Shown here: piece after piece, positions 1 through 12,978 of the stretch
How the letters are laid out: every line of letters begins with the position of its first letter
Numbering within the stretch: the first letter of the stretch is position 1
Assembly: GCF_009914755.1 (NCBI RefSeq)
Contig: NC_060939.1
Direction: 5' to 3' (one strand)
Length of the DNA: 64,000 bases
Source: the human T2T-CHM13v2.0 reference genome, Homo sapiens
The notes under the pieces: model-generated
The model's input: the letters and a program-made list of their open reading frames with translations, nothing else
Databases searched by the model: none
What the model was told of the DNA's origin: nothing
Program-made: the position numbers and the translations under genes

Positions 1-302
1 ACTTGCAAATGCCACAAAAAGAGTGTTTCCAAACTGCTCTGTGAAAAGGAAGGTTCAACTCTGTTAGTTGAGTACACACATCACAAAGAGGTTTCTGAGA
101 ATGCTGCTGACTAGTTTTTATTTGAAGATATTTCCCTTTTCACCTTAGGCCTAAGAGTGCTCGAAATGTCCATTTCCACATACTCCACAAAGTGTGTTTC
201 AAACGTGCTGTATGAAAGGGAATGTTCAACTCTATGAGTTGAATGCAAACATCACAAAGAAGACTCTGAGAATGCTTTTGTCTAGATTTTATATGAAGAT
301 AT

Positions 303-319
303 TCCCGTGTCCAACGAAA
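303..319 (-). promoter_or_regulatory. CENP-B box (variant TTTCGTTGGACACGGGA), repeated in every HOR
   Basis: The + strand reads tcccgtgtccaacgaaa. It keeps the NTTCGNNNNANNCGGGN core but has C instead of A at box position 11. Confidence 0.85.
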
Positions 320-473
320 TTTTCAAAGGTCTCCAAATATCCATTTGTAGATTCTACAAAAAGAGTGTTTCCAAACTGCTGTATCAAAACAAAGGTTGAA
401 CTCTGTGAGTTGAGGACACACATCACAAATAAGTTTCTGAGAATGCTTCTGTCTAGTTTTTATTTGAAGATGT

Positions 474-494
474 TTCCTTTTTCACCATAGGCCT
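474..494 (-). other. A-box (pJalpha-type) segment of an A-type monomer; equivalents lie in the 7 non-CENP-B monomers of each HOR
   Basis: ttcctttttcaccataggcct (reverse complement AGGCCTATGGTGAAAAAGGAA) sits 171 bp after the 303 box, at the position homologous to the CENP-B box. This is the known A-type alternative. Confidence 0.75.
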
Positions 495-644
495 GAAAGC
501 GCTCGAAATGTCCACTTCCAGATAGTACAGAAAGAGTGTTTCAAACCTGCTCTATGAACGGGAATGTTCAGCTCTGTGAGTTGAATGCAAACATCACAAA
601 GCAGGTTCTGAGAATGCTTCCGTCTAGATTTTAAATGAGGATAT

Positions 645-661
645 TCCCGTTTCCAACGAAA
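645..661 (-). promoter_or_regulatory. CENP-B box (canonical), repeated in every HOR
   Basis: tcccgtttccaacgaaa is the reverse complement of TTTCGTTGGAAACGGGA, matching YTTCGTTGGAARCGGGA. Confidence 0.95.
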
Positions 662-986
662 TCCTCGAAGCTATCCAAATATCCACTTGCAGATTCCACA
701 AAAAGAGTGTTTCAAAACTGCTCTGTCAAAAGATAGGTTCAACTCTGTTAGTTGAGTACACACATGGCAAACAAGATTGCGAGAATGCTTTCGTCTAGTT
801 TTTTTGGGAAGATATTTCCTTCTTCACCATAGGCCTCAAAGCGCTCCAAATATCCATTTCCACATGCTATACAAAGAGTGTCTCAAACCTGCTGTATGAA
901 TGGGAATGTTCAACTCTATGAGTTGAATGCAAACATCACAAAGAAGTTTCTGAGAATGCTGCTGTCTAGATTTTATATGAAGGTTT

Positions 987-1003
987 TCCCGCTTCCAACG
1001 AAA
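987..1003 (-). promoter_or_regulatory. CENP-B box (canonical, R=G), repeated in every HOR
   Basis: tcccgcttccaacgaaa is the reverse complement of TTTCGTTGGAAGCGGGA. Confidence 0.95.
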
Positions 1004-1324
1004 TTTTCAATGCTCTCAAAATATCCTCTTGTAGATTCTACAAAAAGAGTGTTTCCAAACTGCTGTATCAAAACAAAGGTTCATCTCTGTTAGTTGAGGA
1101 CACACATCACAAATAAGTTTCTGAGAATGCTTCTGTCTAGTTCTTATTTGAAGACATTTCCTTTCTCACCTTAGGCCTGAAAGCGCTCGAAATACCCACT
1201 TCCAGATACTACAGAAACAGTGATTCAAACCTGCTCTATGAAAGGGAATGTTCAACTAGGTGACTTGAATGCAAACATCACAAAGCAGTTTCTGAGAATG
1301 CTGCTGTCTACTTTCTATTTGTAA

Positions 1325-1341
1325 TCCCGTTTCCAACGAAA
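1325..1341 (-). promoter_or_regulatory. CENP-B box (canonical), next to the 4-bp-shortened monomer segment
   Basis: tcccgtttccaacgaaa; 338 bp from the previous box. Confidence 0.95.
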
Positions 1342-1666
1342 TCCTCAGAACTATCGAAATTTCCAATTGCAGATTCCACAGAAACAGGGTTTCAAAGCTG
1401 CTCTGTAAAAAGAAAGGTTCAACTCTGTTAGTTGAATACACACGTCACAAACAAGTTTCTGAGAATGCTTCTGTCTAGTTTTTATGGGAAGATATTTCCT
1501 TTTTCACCGTAGGCCTCAAAGCGCTCCAAATGTCCACGTCCACATACTACAAAAAGAGTGTTTCAAACCTGCTGTATGAAAGGGAATGTTCAACTCTATG
1601 AGTTGAATGCAAACATTACAAAGAAGTTTCTGAGAATGCTTCTGTCTAGATTTTATATGAAGGTTT

Positions 1667-1683
1667 TCCCGTTTCCAACGAAA
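1667..1683 (-). promoter_or_regulatory. CENP-B box (canonical), paralogue of 987-1003 in the internal duplication
   Basis: tcccgtttccaacgaaa; exactly 680 bp after the 987 box. Confidence 0.95.
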
Positions 1684-2004
1684 TTTTCAATGCTCTCAAA
1701 ATATCCACTTGTAGATTCTACAAAAAGAGTGTTTCCAAACTGCTGTGTCAAAAGAAAGGTTCAACTCTGTTAGTTGAGGACACACATCACAAATAAGTTT
1801 CTGAGAATGCTTCTGTCTAGTTCTTATTTGAAGACATTTCCTTTCTCACCTTAGGCCTGAAAACGCTCGAAATATCCACTTCCAGATACGACAGAAACAG
1901 TGATTCAAACCTGCTCTATGAAAGGGAATGTTCAACTAGGTGACTTGAATGCAAACATCACAAAGCAGTTTCTGAGAATGCTGCTGTCTACTTTCTATTT
2001 GTAA

Positions 2005-2021
2005 TCCCGTTTCCAACGAAA
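2005..2021 (-). promoter_or_regulatory. CENP-B box (canonical), paralogue of 1325-1341
   Basis: tcccgtttccaacgaaa; exactly 680 bp after the 1325 box. Confidence 0.95.
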
Positions 2022-2346
2022 TCCTCAGAACTATCGAAATTTCCAATTGCAGATTCCACAAAAAGCGTGTTTCAAAGCTGCTCTGTAAAAAGAAAGGTTC
2101 AACTCTGTTAGTTGAATACACACGTCACAAACAAGTTTCTGAGAATGCTTCTGTCTAGTTTTTATGGGAAGATATTTCCTTTTTCACCGTAGGCCTCAAA
2201 GCGCTCCAAATGTCCACTTCCACATACTACAAAAAGAGTGTTTCAAACCTGCTCTATGATAGGGAATGTTGAAACCTATGAGTTGAATGCAAGCATTACA
2301 AAGAGGTTTCTGAGAATGCTTCTGTCTAGATTTTATATGTAGATAT

Positions 2347-2363
2347 TCCCGTTTCCAACGAAA
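2347..2363 (-). promoter_or_regulatory. CENP-B box (canonical), first of an adjacent-monomer pair
   Basis: tcccgtttccaacgaaa. Confidence 0.95.
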
Positions 2364-2517
2364 TCCTCAAAGCTATCCAAATATCAACTTGCAGATTCTA
2401 CAAAAGGAATGTTTCCAAAATGCTGTATCCAAACAAAGGTTCAACTCTGTGAATTGAGGGCATACATCACAAAGAAGATTCTGAGAATGCTTCTGTCTAG
2501 ATTTTATATGAAAATAT

Positions 2518-2534
2518 TCCCGTTTCCAACGAAA
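2518..2534 (-). promoter_or_regulatory. CENP-B box (canonical), second of an adjacent-monomer pair
   Basis: tcccgtttccaacgaaa, only 171 bp after the 2347 box. Confidence 0.95.
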
Positions 2535-5500
2535 TCCTCAAAGCTATCCAAATATCCACTTGCAAATGCCACAAAAAGAGTGTTTCCAAACTGCTCTGTG
2601 AAAAGGAAGGTTCAACTCTGTTAGTTGAGTACACACATCACAAAGAGGTTTCTGAGAATGCTGCTGACTAGTTTTTATTTGAAGATATTTCCCTTTTCAC
2701 CTTAGGCCTAAGAGTGCTCGAAATGTCCATTTCCACATACTCCACAAAGTGTGTTTCAAACGTGCTGTATGAAAGGGAATGTTCAACTCTATGAGTTGAA
2801 TGCAAACATCACAAAGAAGACTCTGAGAATGCTTTTGTCTAGATTTTATATGAAGATATTCCCGTGTCCAACGAAATTTTCAAAGGTCTCCAAATATCCA
2901 TTTGTAGATTCTACAAAAAGAGTGTTTCCAAACTGCTGTATCAAAACAAAGGTTGAACTCTGTGAGTTGAGGACACACATCACAAATAAGTTTCTGAGAA
3001 TGCTTCTGTCTAGTTTTTATTTGAAGATGTTTCCTTTTTCACCATAGGCCTGAAAGCGCTCGAAATGTCCACTTCCAGATAGTACAGAAAGAGTGTTTCA
3101 AACCTGCTCTATGAACGGGAATGTTCAGCTCTGTGAGTTGAATGCAAACATCACAAAGCAGGTTCTGAGAATGCTTCCGTCTAGATTTTAAATGAGGATA
3201 TTCCCGTTTCCAACGAAATCCTCGAAGCTATCCAAATATCCACTTGCAGATTCCACAAAAAGAGTGTTTCAAAACTGCTCTGTCAAAAGATAGGTTCAAC
3301 TCTGTTAGTTGAGTACACACATGGCAAACAAGATTGCGAGAATGCTTTCGTCTAGTTTTTTTGGGAAGATATTTCCTTCTTCACCATAGGCCTCAAAGCG
3401 CTCCAAATATCCATTTCCACATGCTATACAAAGAGTGTCTCAAACCTGCTGTATGAATGGGAATGTTCAACTCTATGAGTTGAATGCAAACATCACAAAG
3501 AAGTTTCTGAGAATGCTGCTGTCTAGATTTTATATGAAGGTTTTCCCGCTTCCAACGAAATTTTCAATGCTCTCAAAATATCCTCTTGTAGATTCTACAA
3601 AAAGAGTGTTTCCAAACTGCTGTATCAAAACAAAGGTTCATCTCTGTTAGTTGAGGACACACATCACAAATAAGTTTCTGAGAATGCTTCTGTCTAGTTC
3701 TTATTTGAAGACATTTCCTTTCTCACCTTAGGCCTGAAAGCGCTCGAAATACCCACTTCCAGATACTACAGAAACAGTGATTCAAACCTGCTCTATGAAA
3801 GGGAATGTTCAACTAGGTGACTTGAATGCAAACATCACAAAGCAGTTTCTGAGAATGCTGCTGTCTACTTTCTATTTGTAATCCCGTTTCCAACGAAATC
3901 CTCAGAACTATCGAAATTTCCAATTGCAGATTCCACAGAAACAGGGTTTCAAAGCTGCTCTGTAAAAAGAAAGGTTCAACTCTGTTAGTTGAATACACAC
4001 GTCACAAACAAGTTTCTGAGAATGCTTCTGTCTAGTTTTTATGGGAAGATATTTCCTTTTTCACCGTAGGCCTCAAAGCGCTCCAAATGTCCACGTCCAC
4101 ATACTACAAAAAGAGTGTTTCAAACCTGCTGTATGAAAGGGAATGTTCAACTCTATGAGTTGAATGCAAACATTACAAAGAAGTTTCTGAGAATGCTTCT
4201 GTCTAGATTTTATATGAAGGTTTTCCCGTTTCCAACGAAATTTTCAATGCTCTCAAAATATCCACTTGTAGATTCTACAAAAAGAGTGTTTCCAAACTGC
4301 TGTGTCAAAAGAAAGGTTCAACTCTGTTAGTTGAGGACACACATCACAAATAAGTTTCTGAGAATGCTTCTGTCTAGTTCTTATTTGAAGACATTTCCTT
4401 TCTCACCTTAGGCCTGAAAACGCTCGAAATATCCACTTCCAGATACGACAGAAACAGTGATTCAAACCTGCTCTATGAAAGGGAATGTTCAACTAGGTGA
4501 CTTGAATGCAAACATCACAAAGCAGTTTCTGAGAATGCTGCTGTCTACTTTCTATTTGTAATCCCGTTTCCAACGAAATCCTCAGAACTATCGAAATTTC
4601 CAATTGCAGATTCCACAAAAAGCGTGTTTCAAAGCTGCTCTGTAAAAAGAAAGGTTCAACTCTGTTAGTTGAATACACACGTCACAAACAAGTTTCTGAG
4701 AATGCTTCTGTCTAGTTTTTATGGGAAGATATTTCCTTTTTCACCGTAGGCCTCAAAGCGCTCCAAATGTCCACTTCCACATACTACAAAAAGAGTGTTT
4801 CAAACCTGCTCTATGATAGGGAATGTTGAAACCTATGAGTTGAATGCAAGCATTACAAAGAGGTTTCTGAGAATGCTTCTGTCTAGATTTTATATGTAGA
4901 TATTCCCGTTTCCAACGAAATCCTCAAAGCTATCCAAATATCAACTTGCAGATTCTACAAAAGGAATGTTTCCAAAATGCTGTATCCAAACAAAGGTTCA
5001 ACTCTGTGAATTGAGGGCATACATCACAAAGAAGATTCTGAGAATGCTTCTGTCTAGATTTTATATGAAAATATTCCCGTTTCCAACGAAATCCTCAAAG
5101 CTATCCAAATATCCACTTGCAAATGCCACAAAAAGAGTGTTTCCAAACTGCTCTGTGAAAAGGAAGGTTCAACTCTGTTAGTTGAGTACACACATCACAA
5201 AGAGGTTTCTGAGAATGCTGCTGACTAGTTTTTATTTGAAGATATTTCCCTTTTCACCTTAGGCCTAAGAGTGCTCGAAATGTCCATTTCCACATACTCC
5301 ACAAAGTGTGTTTCAAACGTGCTGTATGAAAGGGAATGTTCAACTCTATGAGTTGAATGCAAACATCACAAAGAAGACTCTGAGAATGCTTTTGTCTAGA
5401 TTTTATATGAAGATATTCCCGTGTCCAACGAAATTTTCAAAGGTCTCCAAATATCCATTTGTAGATTCTACAAAAAGAGTGTTTCCAAACTGCTGTATCA

Positions 5501-8500
5501 AAACAAAGGTTGAACTCTGTGAGTTGAGGACACACATCACAAATAAGTTTCTGAGAATGCTTCTGTCTAGTTTTTATTTGAAGATGTTTCCTTTTTCACC
5601 ATAGGCCTGAAAGCGCTCGAAATGTCCACTTCCAGATAGTACAGAAAGAGTGTTTCAAACCTGCTCTATGAACGGGAATGTTCAGCTCTGTGAGTTGAAT
5701 GCAAACATCACAAAGCAGGTTCCGAGAATGCTTCCGTCTAGATTTTAAATGAGGATATTCCCGTTTCCAACGAAATCCTCGAAGCTATCCAAATATCCAC
5801 TTGCAGATTCCACAAAAAGAGTGTTTCAAAACTGCTCTGTCAAAAGATAGGTTCAACTCTGTTAGTTGAGTACACACATGGCAAACAAGATTGCGAGAAT
5901 GCTTTCGTCTAGTTTTTTTGGGAAGATATTTCCTTCTTCACCATAGGCCTCAAAGCGCTCCAAATATCCATTTCCACATGCTATACAAAGAGTGTCTCAA
6001 ACCTGCTGTATGAATGGGAATGTTCAACTCTATGAGTTGAATGCAAACATCACAAAGAAGTTTCTGAGAATGCTGCTGTCTAGATTTTATATGAAGGTTT
6101 TCCCGCTTCCAACGAAATTTTCAATGCTCTCAAAATATCCTCTTGTAGATTCTACAAAAAGAGTGTTTCCAAACTGCTGTATCAAAACAAAGGTTCATCT
6201 CTGTTAGTTGAGGACACACATCACAAATAAGTTTCTGAGAATGCTTCTGTCTAGTTCTTATTTGAAGACATTTCCTTTCTCACCTTAGGCCTGAAAGCGC
6301 TCGAAATACCCACTTCCAGATACTACAGAAACAGTGATTCAAACCTGCTCTATGAAAGGGAATGTTCAACTAGGTGACTTGAATGCAAACATCACAAAGC
6401 AGTTTCTGAGAATGCTGCTGTCTACTTTCTATTTGTAATCCCGTTTCCAACGAAATCCTCAGAACTATCGAAATTTCCAATTGCAGATTCCACAGAAACA
6501 GGGTTTCAAAGCTGCTCTGTAAAAAGAAAGGTTCAACTCTGTTAGTTGAATACACACGTCACAAACAAGTTTCTGAGAATGCTTCTGTCTAGTTTTTATG
6601 GGAAGATATTTCCTTTTTCACCGTAGGCCTCAAAGCGCTCCAAATGTCCACGTCCACATACTACAAAAAGAGTGTTTCAAACCTGCTGTATGAAAGGGAA
6701 TGTTCAACTCTATGAGTTGAATGCAAACATTACAAAGAAGTTTCTGAGAATGCTTCTGTCTAGATTTTATATGAAGGTTTTCCCGTTTCCAACGAAATTT
6801 TCAATGCTCTCAAAATATCCACTTGTAGATTCTACAAAAAGAGTGTTTCCAAACTGCTGTGTCAAAAGAAAGGTTCAACTCTGTTAGTTGAGGACACACA
6901 TCACAAATAAGTTTCTGAGAATGCTTCTGTCTAGTTCTTATTTGAAGACATTTCCTTTCTCACCTTAGGCCTGAAAACGCTCGAAATATCCACTTCCAGA
7001 TACGACAGAAACAGTGATTCAAACCTGCTCTATGAAAGGGAATGTTCAACTAGGTGACTTGAATGCAAACATCACAAAGCAGTTTCTGAGAATGCTGCTG
7101 TCTACTTTCTATTTGTAATCCCGTTTCCAACGAAATCCTCAGAACTATCGAAATTTCCAATTGCAGATTCCACAAAAAGCGTGTTTCAAAGCTGCTCTGT
7201 AAAAAGAAAGGTTCAACTCTGTTAGTTGAATACACACGTCACAAACAAGTTTCTGAGAATGCTTCTGTCTAGTTTTTATGGGAAGATATTTCCTTTTTCA
7301 CCGTAGGCCTCAAAGCGCTCCAAATGTCCACTTCCACATACTACAAAAAGAGTGTTTCAAACCTGCTCTATGATAGGGAATGTTGAAACCTATGAGTTGA
7401 ATGCAAGCATTACAAAGAGGTTTCTGAGAATGCTTCTGTCTAGATTTTATATGTAGATATTCCCGTTTCCAACGAAATCCTCAAAGCTATCCAAATATCA
7501 ACTTGCAGATTCTACAAAAGGAATGTTTCCAAAATGCTGTATCCAAACAAAGGTTCAACTCTGTGAATTGAGGGCATACATCACAAAGAAGATTCTGAGA
7601 ATGCTTCTGTCTAGATTTTATATGAAAATATTCCCGTTTCCAACGAAATCCTCAAAGCTATCCAAATATCCACTTGCAAATGCCACAAAAAGAGTGTTTC
7701 CAAACTGCTCTGTGAAAAGGAAGGTTCAACTCTGTTAGTTGAGTACACACATCACAAAGAGGTTTCTGAGAATGCTGCTGACTAGTTTTTATTTGAAGAT
7801 ATTTCCCTTTTCACCTTAGGCCTAAGAGTGCTCGAAATGTCCATTTCCACATACTCCACAAAGTGTGTTTCAAACGTGCTGTATGAAAGGGAATGTTCAA
7901 CTCTATGAGTTGAATGCAAACATCACAAAGAAGACTCTGAGAATGCTTTTGTCTAGATTTTATATGAAGATATTCCCGTGTCCAACGAAATTTTCAAAGG
8001 TCTCCAAATATCCATTTGTAGATTCTACAAAAAGAGTGTTTCCAAACTGCTGTATCAAAACAAAGGTTGAACTCTGTGAGTTGAGGACACACATCACAAA
8101 TAAGTTTCTGAGAATGCTTCTGTCTAGTTTTTATTTGAAGATGTTTCCTTTTTCACCATAGGCCTGAAAGCGCTCGAAATGTCCACTTCCAGATAGTACA
8201 GAAAGAGTGTTTCAAACCTGCTCTATGAACGGGAATGTTCAGCTCTGTGAGTTGAATGCAAACATCACAAAGCAGGTTCTGAGAATGCTTCCGTCTAGAT
8301 TTTAAATGAGGATATTCCCGTTTCCAACGAAATCCTCGAAGCTATCCAAATATCCACTTGCAGATTCCACAAAAAGAGTGTTTCAAAACTGCTCTGTCAA
8401 AAGATAGGTTCAACTCTGTTAGTTGAGTACACACATGGCAAACAAGATTGCGAGAATGCTTTCGTCTAGTTTTTTTGGGAAGATATTTCCTTCTTCACCA

Positions 8501-11500
8501 TAGGCCTCAAAGCGCTCCAAATATCCATTTCCACATGCTATACAAAGAGTGTCTCAAACCTGCTGTATGAATGGGAATGTTCAACTCTATGAGTTGAATG
8601 CAAACATCACAAAGAAGTTTCTGAGAATGCTGCTGTCTAGATTTTATATGAAGGTTTTCCCGCTTCCAACGAAATTTTCAATGCTCTCAAAATATCCTCT
8701 TGTAGATTCTACAAAAAGAGTGTTTCCAAACTGCTGTATCAAAACAAAGGTTCATCTCTGTTAGTTGAGGACACACATCACAAATAAGTTTCTGAGAATG
8801 CTTCTGTCTAGTTCTTATTTGAAGACATTTCCTTTCTCACCTTAGGCCTGAAAGCGCTCGAAATACCCACTTCCAGATACTACAGAAACAGTGATTCAAA
8901 CCTGCTCTATGAAAGGGAATGTTCAACTAGGTGACTTGAATGCAAACATCACAAAGCAGTTTCTGAGAATGCTGCTGTCTACTTTCTATTTGTAATCCCG
9001 TTTCCAACGAAATCCTCAGAACTATCGAAATTTCCAATTGCAGATTCCACAGAAACAGGGTTTCAAAGCTGCTCTGTAAAAAGAAAGGTTCAACTCTGTT
9101 AGTTGAATACACACGTCACAAACAAGTTTCTGAGAATGCTTCTGTCTAGTTTTTATGGGAAGATATTTCCTTTTTCACCGTAGGCCTCAAAGCGCTCCAA
9201 ATGTCCACGTCCACATACTACAAAAAGAGTGTTTCAAACCTGCTGTATGAAAGGGAATGTTCAACTCTATGAGTTGAATGCAAACATTACAAAGAAGTTT
9301 CTGAGAATGCTTCTGTCTAGATTTTATATGAAGGTTTTCCCGTTTCCAACGAAATTTTCAATGCTCTCAAAATATCCACTTGTAGATTCTACAAAAAGAG
9401 TGTTTCCAAACTGCTGTGTCAAAAGAAAGGTTCAACTCTGTTAGTTGAGGACACACATCACAAATAAGTTTCTGAGAATGCTTCTGTCTAGTTCTTATTT
9501 GAAGACATTTCCTTTCTCACCTTAGGCCTGAAAACGCTCGAAATATCCACTTCCAGATACGACAGAAACAGTGATTCAAACCTGCTCTATGAAAGGGAAT
9601 GTTCAACTAGGTGACTTGAATGCAAACATCACAAAGCAGTTTCTGAGAATGCTGCTGTCTACTTTCTATTTGTAATCCCGTTTCCAACGAAATCCTCAGA
9701 ACTATCGAAATTTCCAATTGCAGATTCCACAAAAAGCGTGTTTCAAAGCTGCTCTGTAAAAAGAAAGGTTCAACTCTGTTAGTTGAATACACACGTCACA
9801 AACAAGTTTCTGAGAATGCTTCTGTCTAGTTTTTATGGGAAGATATTTCCTTTTTCACCGTAGGCCTCAAAGCGCTCCAAATGTCCACTTCCACATACTA
9901 CAAAAAGAGTGTTTCAAACCTGCTCTATGATAGGGAATGTTGAAACCTATGAGTTGAATGCAAGCATTACAAAGAGGTTTCTGAGAATGCTTCTGTCTAG
10001 ATTTTATATGTAGATATTCCCGTTTCCAACGAAATCCTCAAAGCTATCCAAATATCAACTTGCAGATTCTACAAAAGGAATGTTTCCAAAATGCTGTATC
10101 CAAACAAAGGTTCAACTCTGTGAATTGAGGGCATACATCACAAAGAAGATTCTGAGAATGCTTCTGTCTAGATTTTATATGAAAATATTCCCGTTTCCAA
10201 CGAAATCCTCAAAGCTATCCAAATATCCACTTGCAAATGCCACAAAAAGAGTGTTTCCAAACTGCTCTGTGAAAAGGAAGGTTCAACTCTGTTAGTTGAG
10301 TACACACATCACAAAGAGGTTTCTGAGAATGCTGCTGACTAGTTTTTATTTGAAGATATTTCCCTTTTCACCTTAGGCCTAAGAGTGCTCGAAATGTCCA
10401 TTTCCACATACTCCACAAAGTGTGTTTCAAACGTGCTGTATGAAAGGGAATGTTCAACTCTATGAGTTGAATGCAAACATCACAAAGAAGACTCTGAGAA
10501 TGCTTTTGTCTAGATTTTATATGAAGATATTCCCGTGTCCAACGAAATTTTCAAAGGTCTCCAAATATCCATTTGTAGATTCTACAAAAAGAGTGTTTCC
10601 AAACTGCTGTATCAAAACAAAGGTTGAACTCTGTGAGTTGAGGACACACATCACAAATAAGTTTCTGAGAATGCTTCTGTCTAGTTTTTATTTGAAGATG
10701 TTTCCTTTTTCACCATAGGCCTGAAAGCGCTCGAAATGTCCACTTCCAGATAGTACAGAAAGAGTGTTTCAAACCTGCTCTATGAACGGGAATGTTCAGC
10801 TCTGTGAGTTGAATGCAAACATCACAAAGCAGGTTCTGAGAATGCTTCCGTCTAGATTTTAAATGAGGATATTCCCGTTTCCAACGAAATCCTCGAAGCT
10901 ATCCAAATATCCACTTGCAGATTCCACAAAAAGAGTGTTTCAAAACTGCTCTGTCAAAAGATAGGTTCAACTCTGTTAGTTGAGTACACACATGGCAAAC
11001 AAGATTGCGAGAATGCTTTCGTCTAGTTTTTTTGGGAAGATATTTCCTTCTTCACCATAGGCCTCAAAGCGCTCCAAATATCCATTTCCACATGCTATAC
11101 AAAGAGTGTCTCAAACCTGCTGTATGAATGGGAATGTTCAACTCTATGAGTTGAATGCAAACATCACAAAGAAGTTTCTGAGAATGCTGCTGTCTAGATT
11201 TTATATGAAGGTTTTCCCGCTTCCAACGAAATTTTCAATGCTCTCAAAATATCCTCTTGTAGATTCTACAAAAAGAGTGTTTCCAAACTGCTGTATCAAA
11301 ACAAAGGTTCATCTCTGTTAGTTGAGGACACACATCACAAATAAGTTTCTGAGAATGCTTCTGTCTAGTTCTTATTTGAAGACATTTCCTTTCTCACCTT
11401 AGGCCTGAAAGCGCTCGAAATACCCACTTCCAGATACTACAGAAACAGTGATTCAAACCTGCTCTATGAAAGGGAATGTTCAACTAGGTGACTTGAATGC

Positions 11501-12978
11501 AAACATCACAAAGCAGTTTCTGAGAATGCTGCTGTCTACTTTCTATTTGTAATCCCGTTTCCAACGAAATCCTCAGAACTATCGAAATTTCCAATTGCAG
11601 ATTCCACAGAAACAGGGTTTCAAAGCTGCTCTGTAAAAAGAAAGGTTCAACTCTGTTAGTTGAATACACACGTCACAAACAAGTTTCTGAGAATGCTTCT
11701 GTCTAGTTTTTATGGGAAGATATTTCCTTTTTCACCGTAGGCCTCAAAGCGCTCCAAATGTCCACGTCCACATACTACAAAAAGAGTGTTTCAAACCTGC
11801 TGTATGAAAGGGAATGTTCAACTCTATGAGTTGAATGCAAACATTACAAAGAAGTTTCTGAGAATGCTTCTGTCTAGATTTTATATGAAGGTTTTCCCGT
11901 TTCCAACGAAATTTTCAATGCTCTCAAAATATCCACTTGTAGATTCTACAAAAAGAGTGTTTCCAAACTGCTGTGTCAAAAGAAAGGTTCAACTCTGTTA
12001 GTTGAGGACACACATCACAAATAAGTTTCTGAGAATGCTTCTGTCTAGTTCTTATTTGAAGACATTTCCTTTCTCACCTTAGGCCTGAAAACGCTCGAAA
12101 TATCCACTTCCAGATACGACAGAAACAGTGATTCAAACCTGCTCTATGAAAGGGAATGTTCAACTAGGTGACTTGAATGCAAACATCACAAAGCAGTTTC
12201 TGAGAATGCTGCTGTCTACTTTCTATTTGTAATCCCGTTTCCAACGAAATCCTCAGAACTATCGAAATTTCCAATTGCAGATTCCACAAAAAGCGTGTTT
12301 CAAAGCTGCTCTGTAAAAAGAAAGGTTCAACTCTGTTAGTTGAATACACACGTCACAAACAAGTTTCTGAGAATGCTTCTGTCTAGTTTTTATGGGAAGA
12401 TATTTCCTTTTTCACCGTAGGCCTCAAAGCGCTCCAAATGTCCACTTCCACATACTACAAAAAGAGTGTTTCAAACCTGCTCTATGATAGGGAATGTTGA
12501 AACCTATGAGTTGAATGCAAGCATTACAAAGAGGTTTCTGAGAATGCTTCTGTCTAGATTTTATATGTAGATATTCCCGTTTCCAACGAAATCCTCAAAG
12601 CTATCCAAATATCAACTTGCAGATTCTACAAAAGGAATGTTTCCAAAATGCTGTATCCAAACAAAGGTTCAACTCTGTGAATTGAGGGCATACATCACAA
12701 AGAAGATTCTGAGAATGCTTCTGTCTAGATTTTATATGAAAATATTCCCGTTTCCAACGAAATCCTCAAAGCTATCCAAATATCCACTTGCAAATGCCAC
12801 AAAAAGAGTGTTTCCAAACTGCTCTGTGAAAAGGAAGGTTCAACTCTGTTAGTTGAGTACACACATCACAAAGAGGTTTCTGAGAATGCTGCTGACTAGT
12901 TTTTATTTGAAGATATTTCCCTTTTCACCTTAGGCCTAAGAGTGCTCGAAATGTCCATTTCCACATACTCCACAAAGT

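Larger units (their letters stand above)
902..2253 (-). repeat. Internal 680-bp (4-monomer) tandem duplication within each 15-mer HOR
   Basis: 902-1573 versus 1582-2253 shows about 15 substitutions by manual comparison (~98% identity). ORF pairs 878/1558 and 1256/1936 are offset by 680. Confidence 0.93.
1..2557 (-). repeat. One representative 15-monomer HOR period (2557 bp)
   Basis: The sequence at 1 (acttgcaaatgccacaaaaagag) recurs at 2558. CENP-B box spacings of 342+342+338+342+338+342+171+342 sum to 2557, which equals 15x171-8. Confidence 0.97.

Noticed and set aside
436-444. TTCTGAGAA resembles a STAT/GAS (TTCNNNGAA) site in most monomers
   Set aside because: It is part of the universal alphoid consensus, and a short motif match alone does not support a regulatory call.
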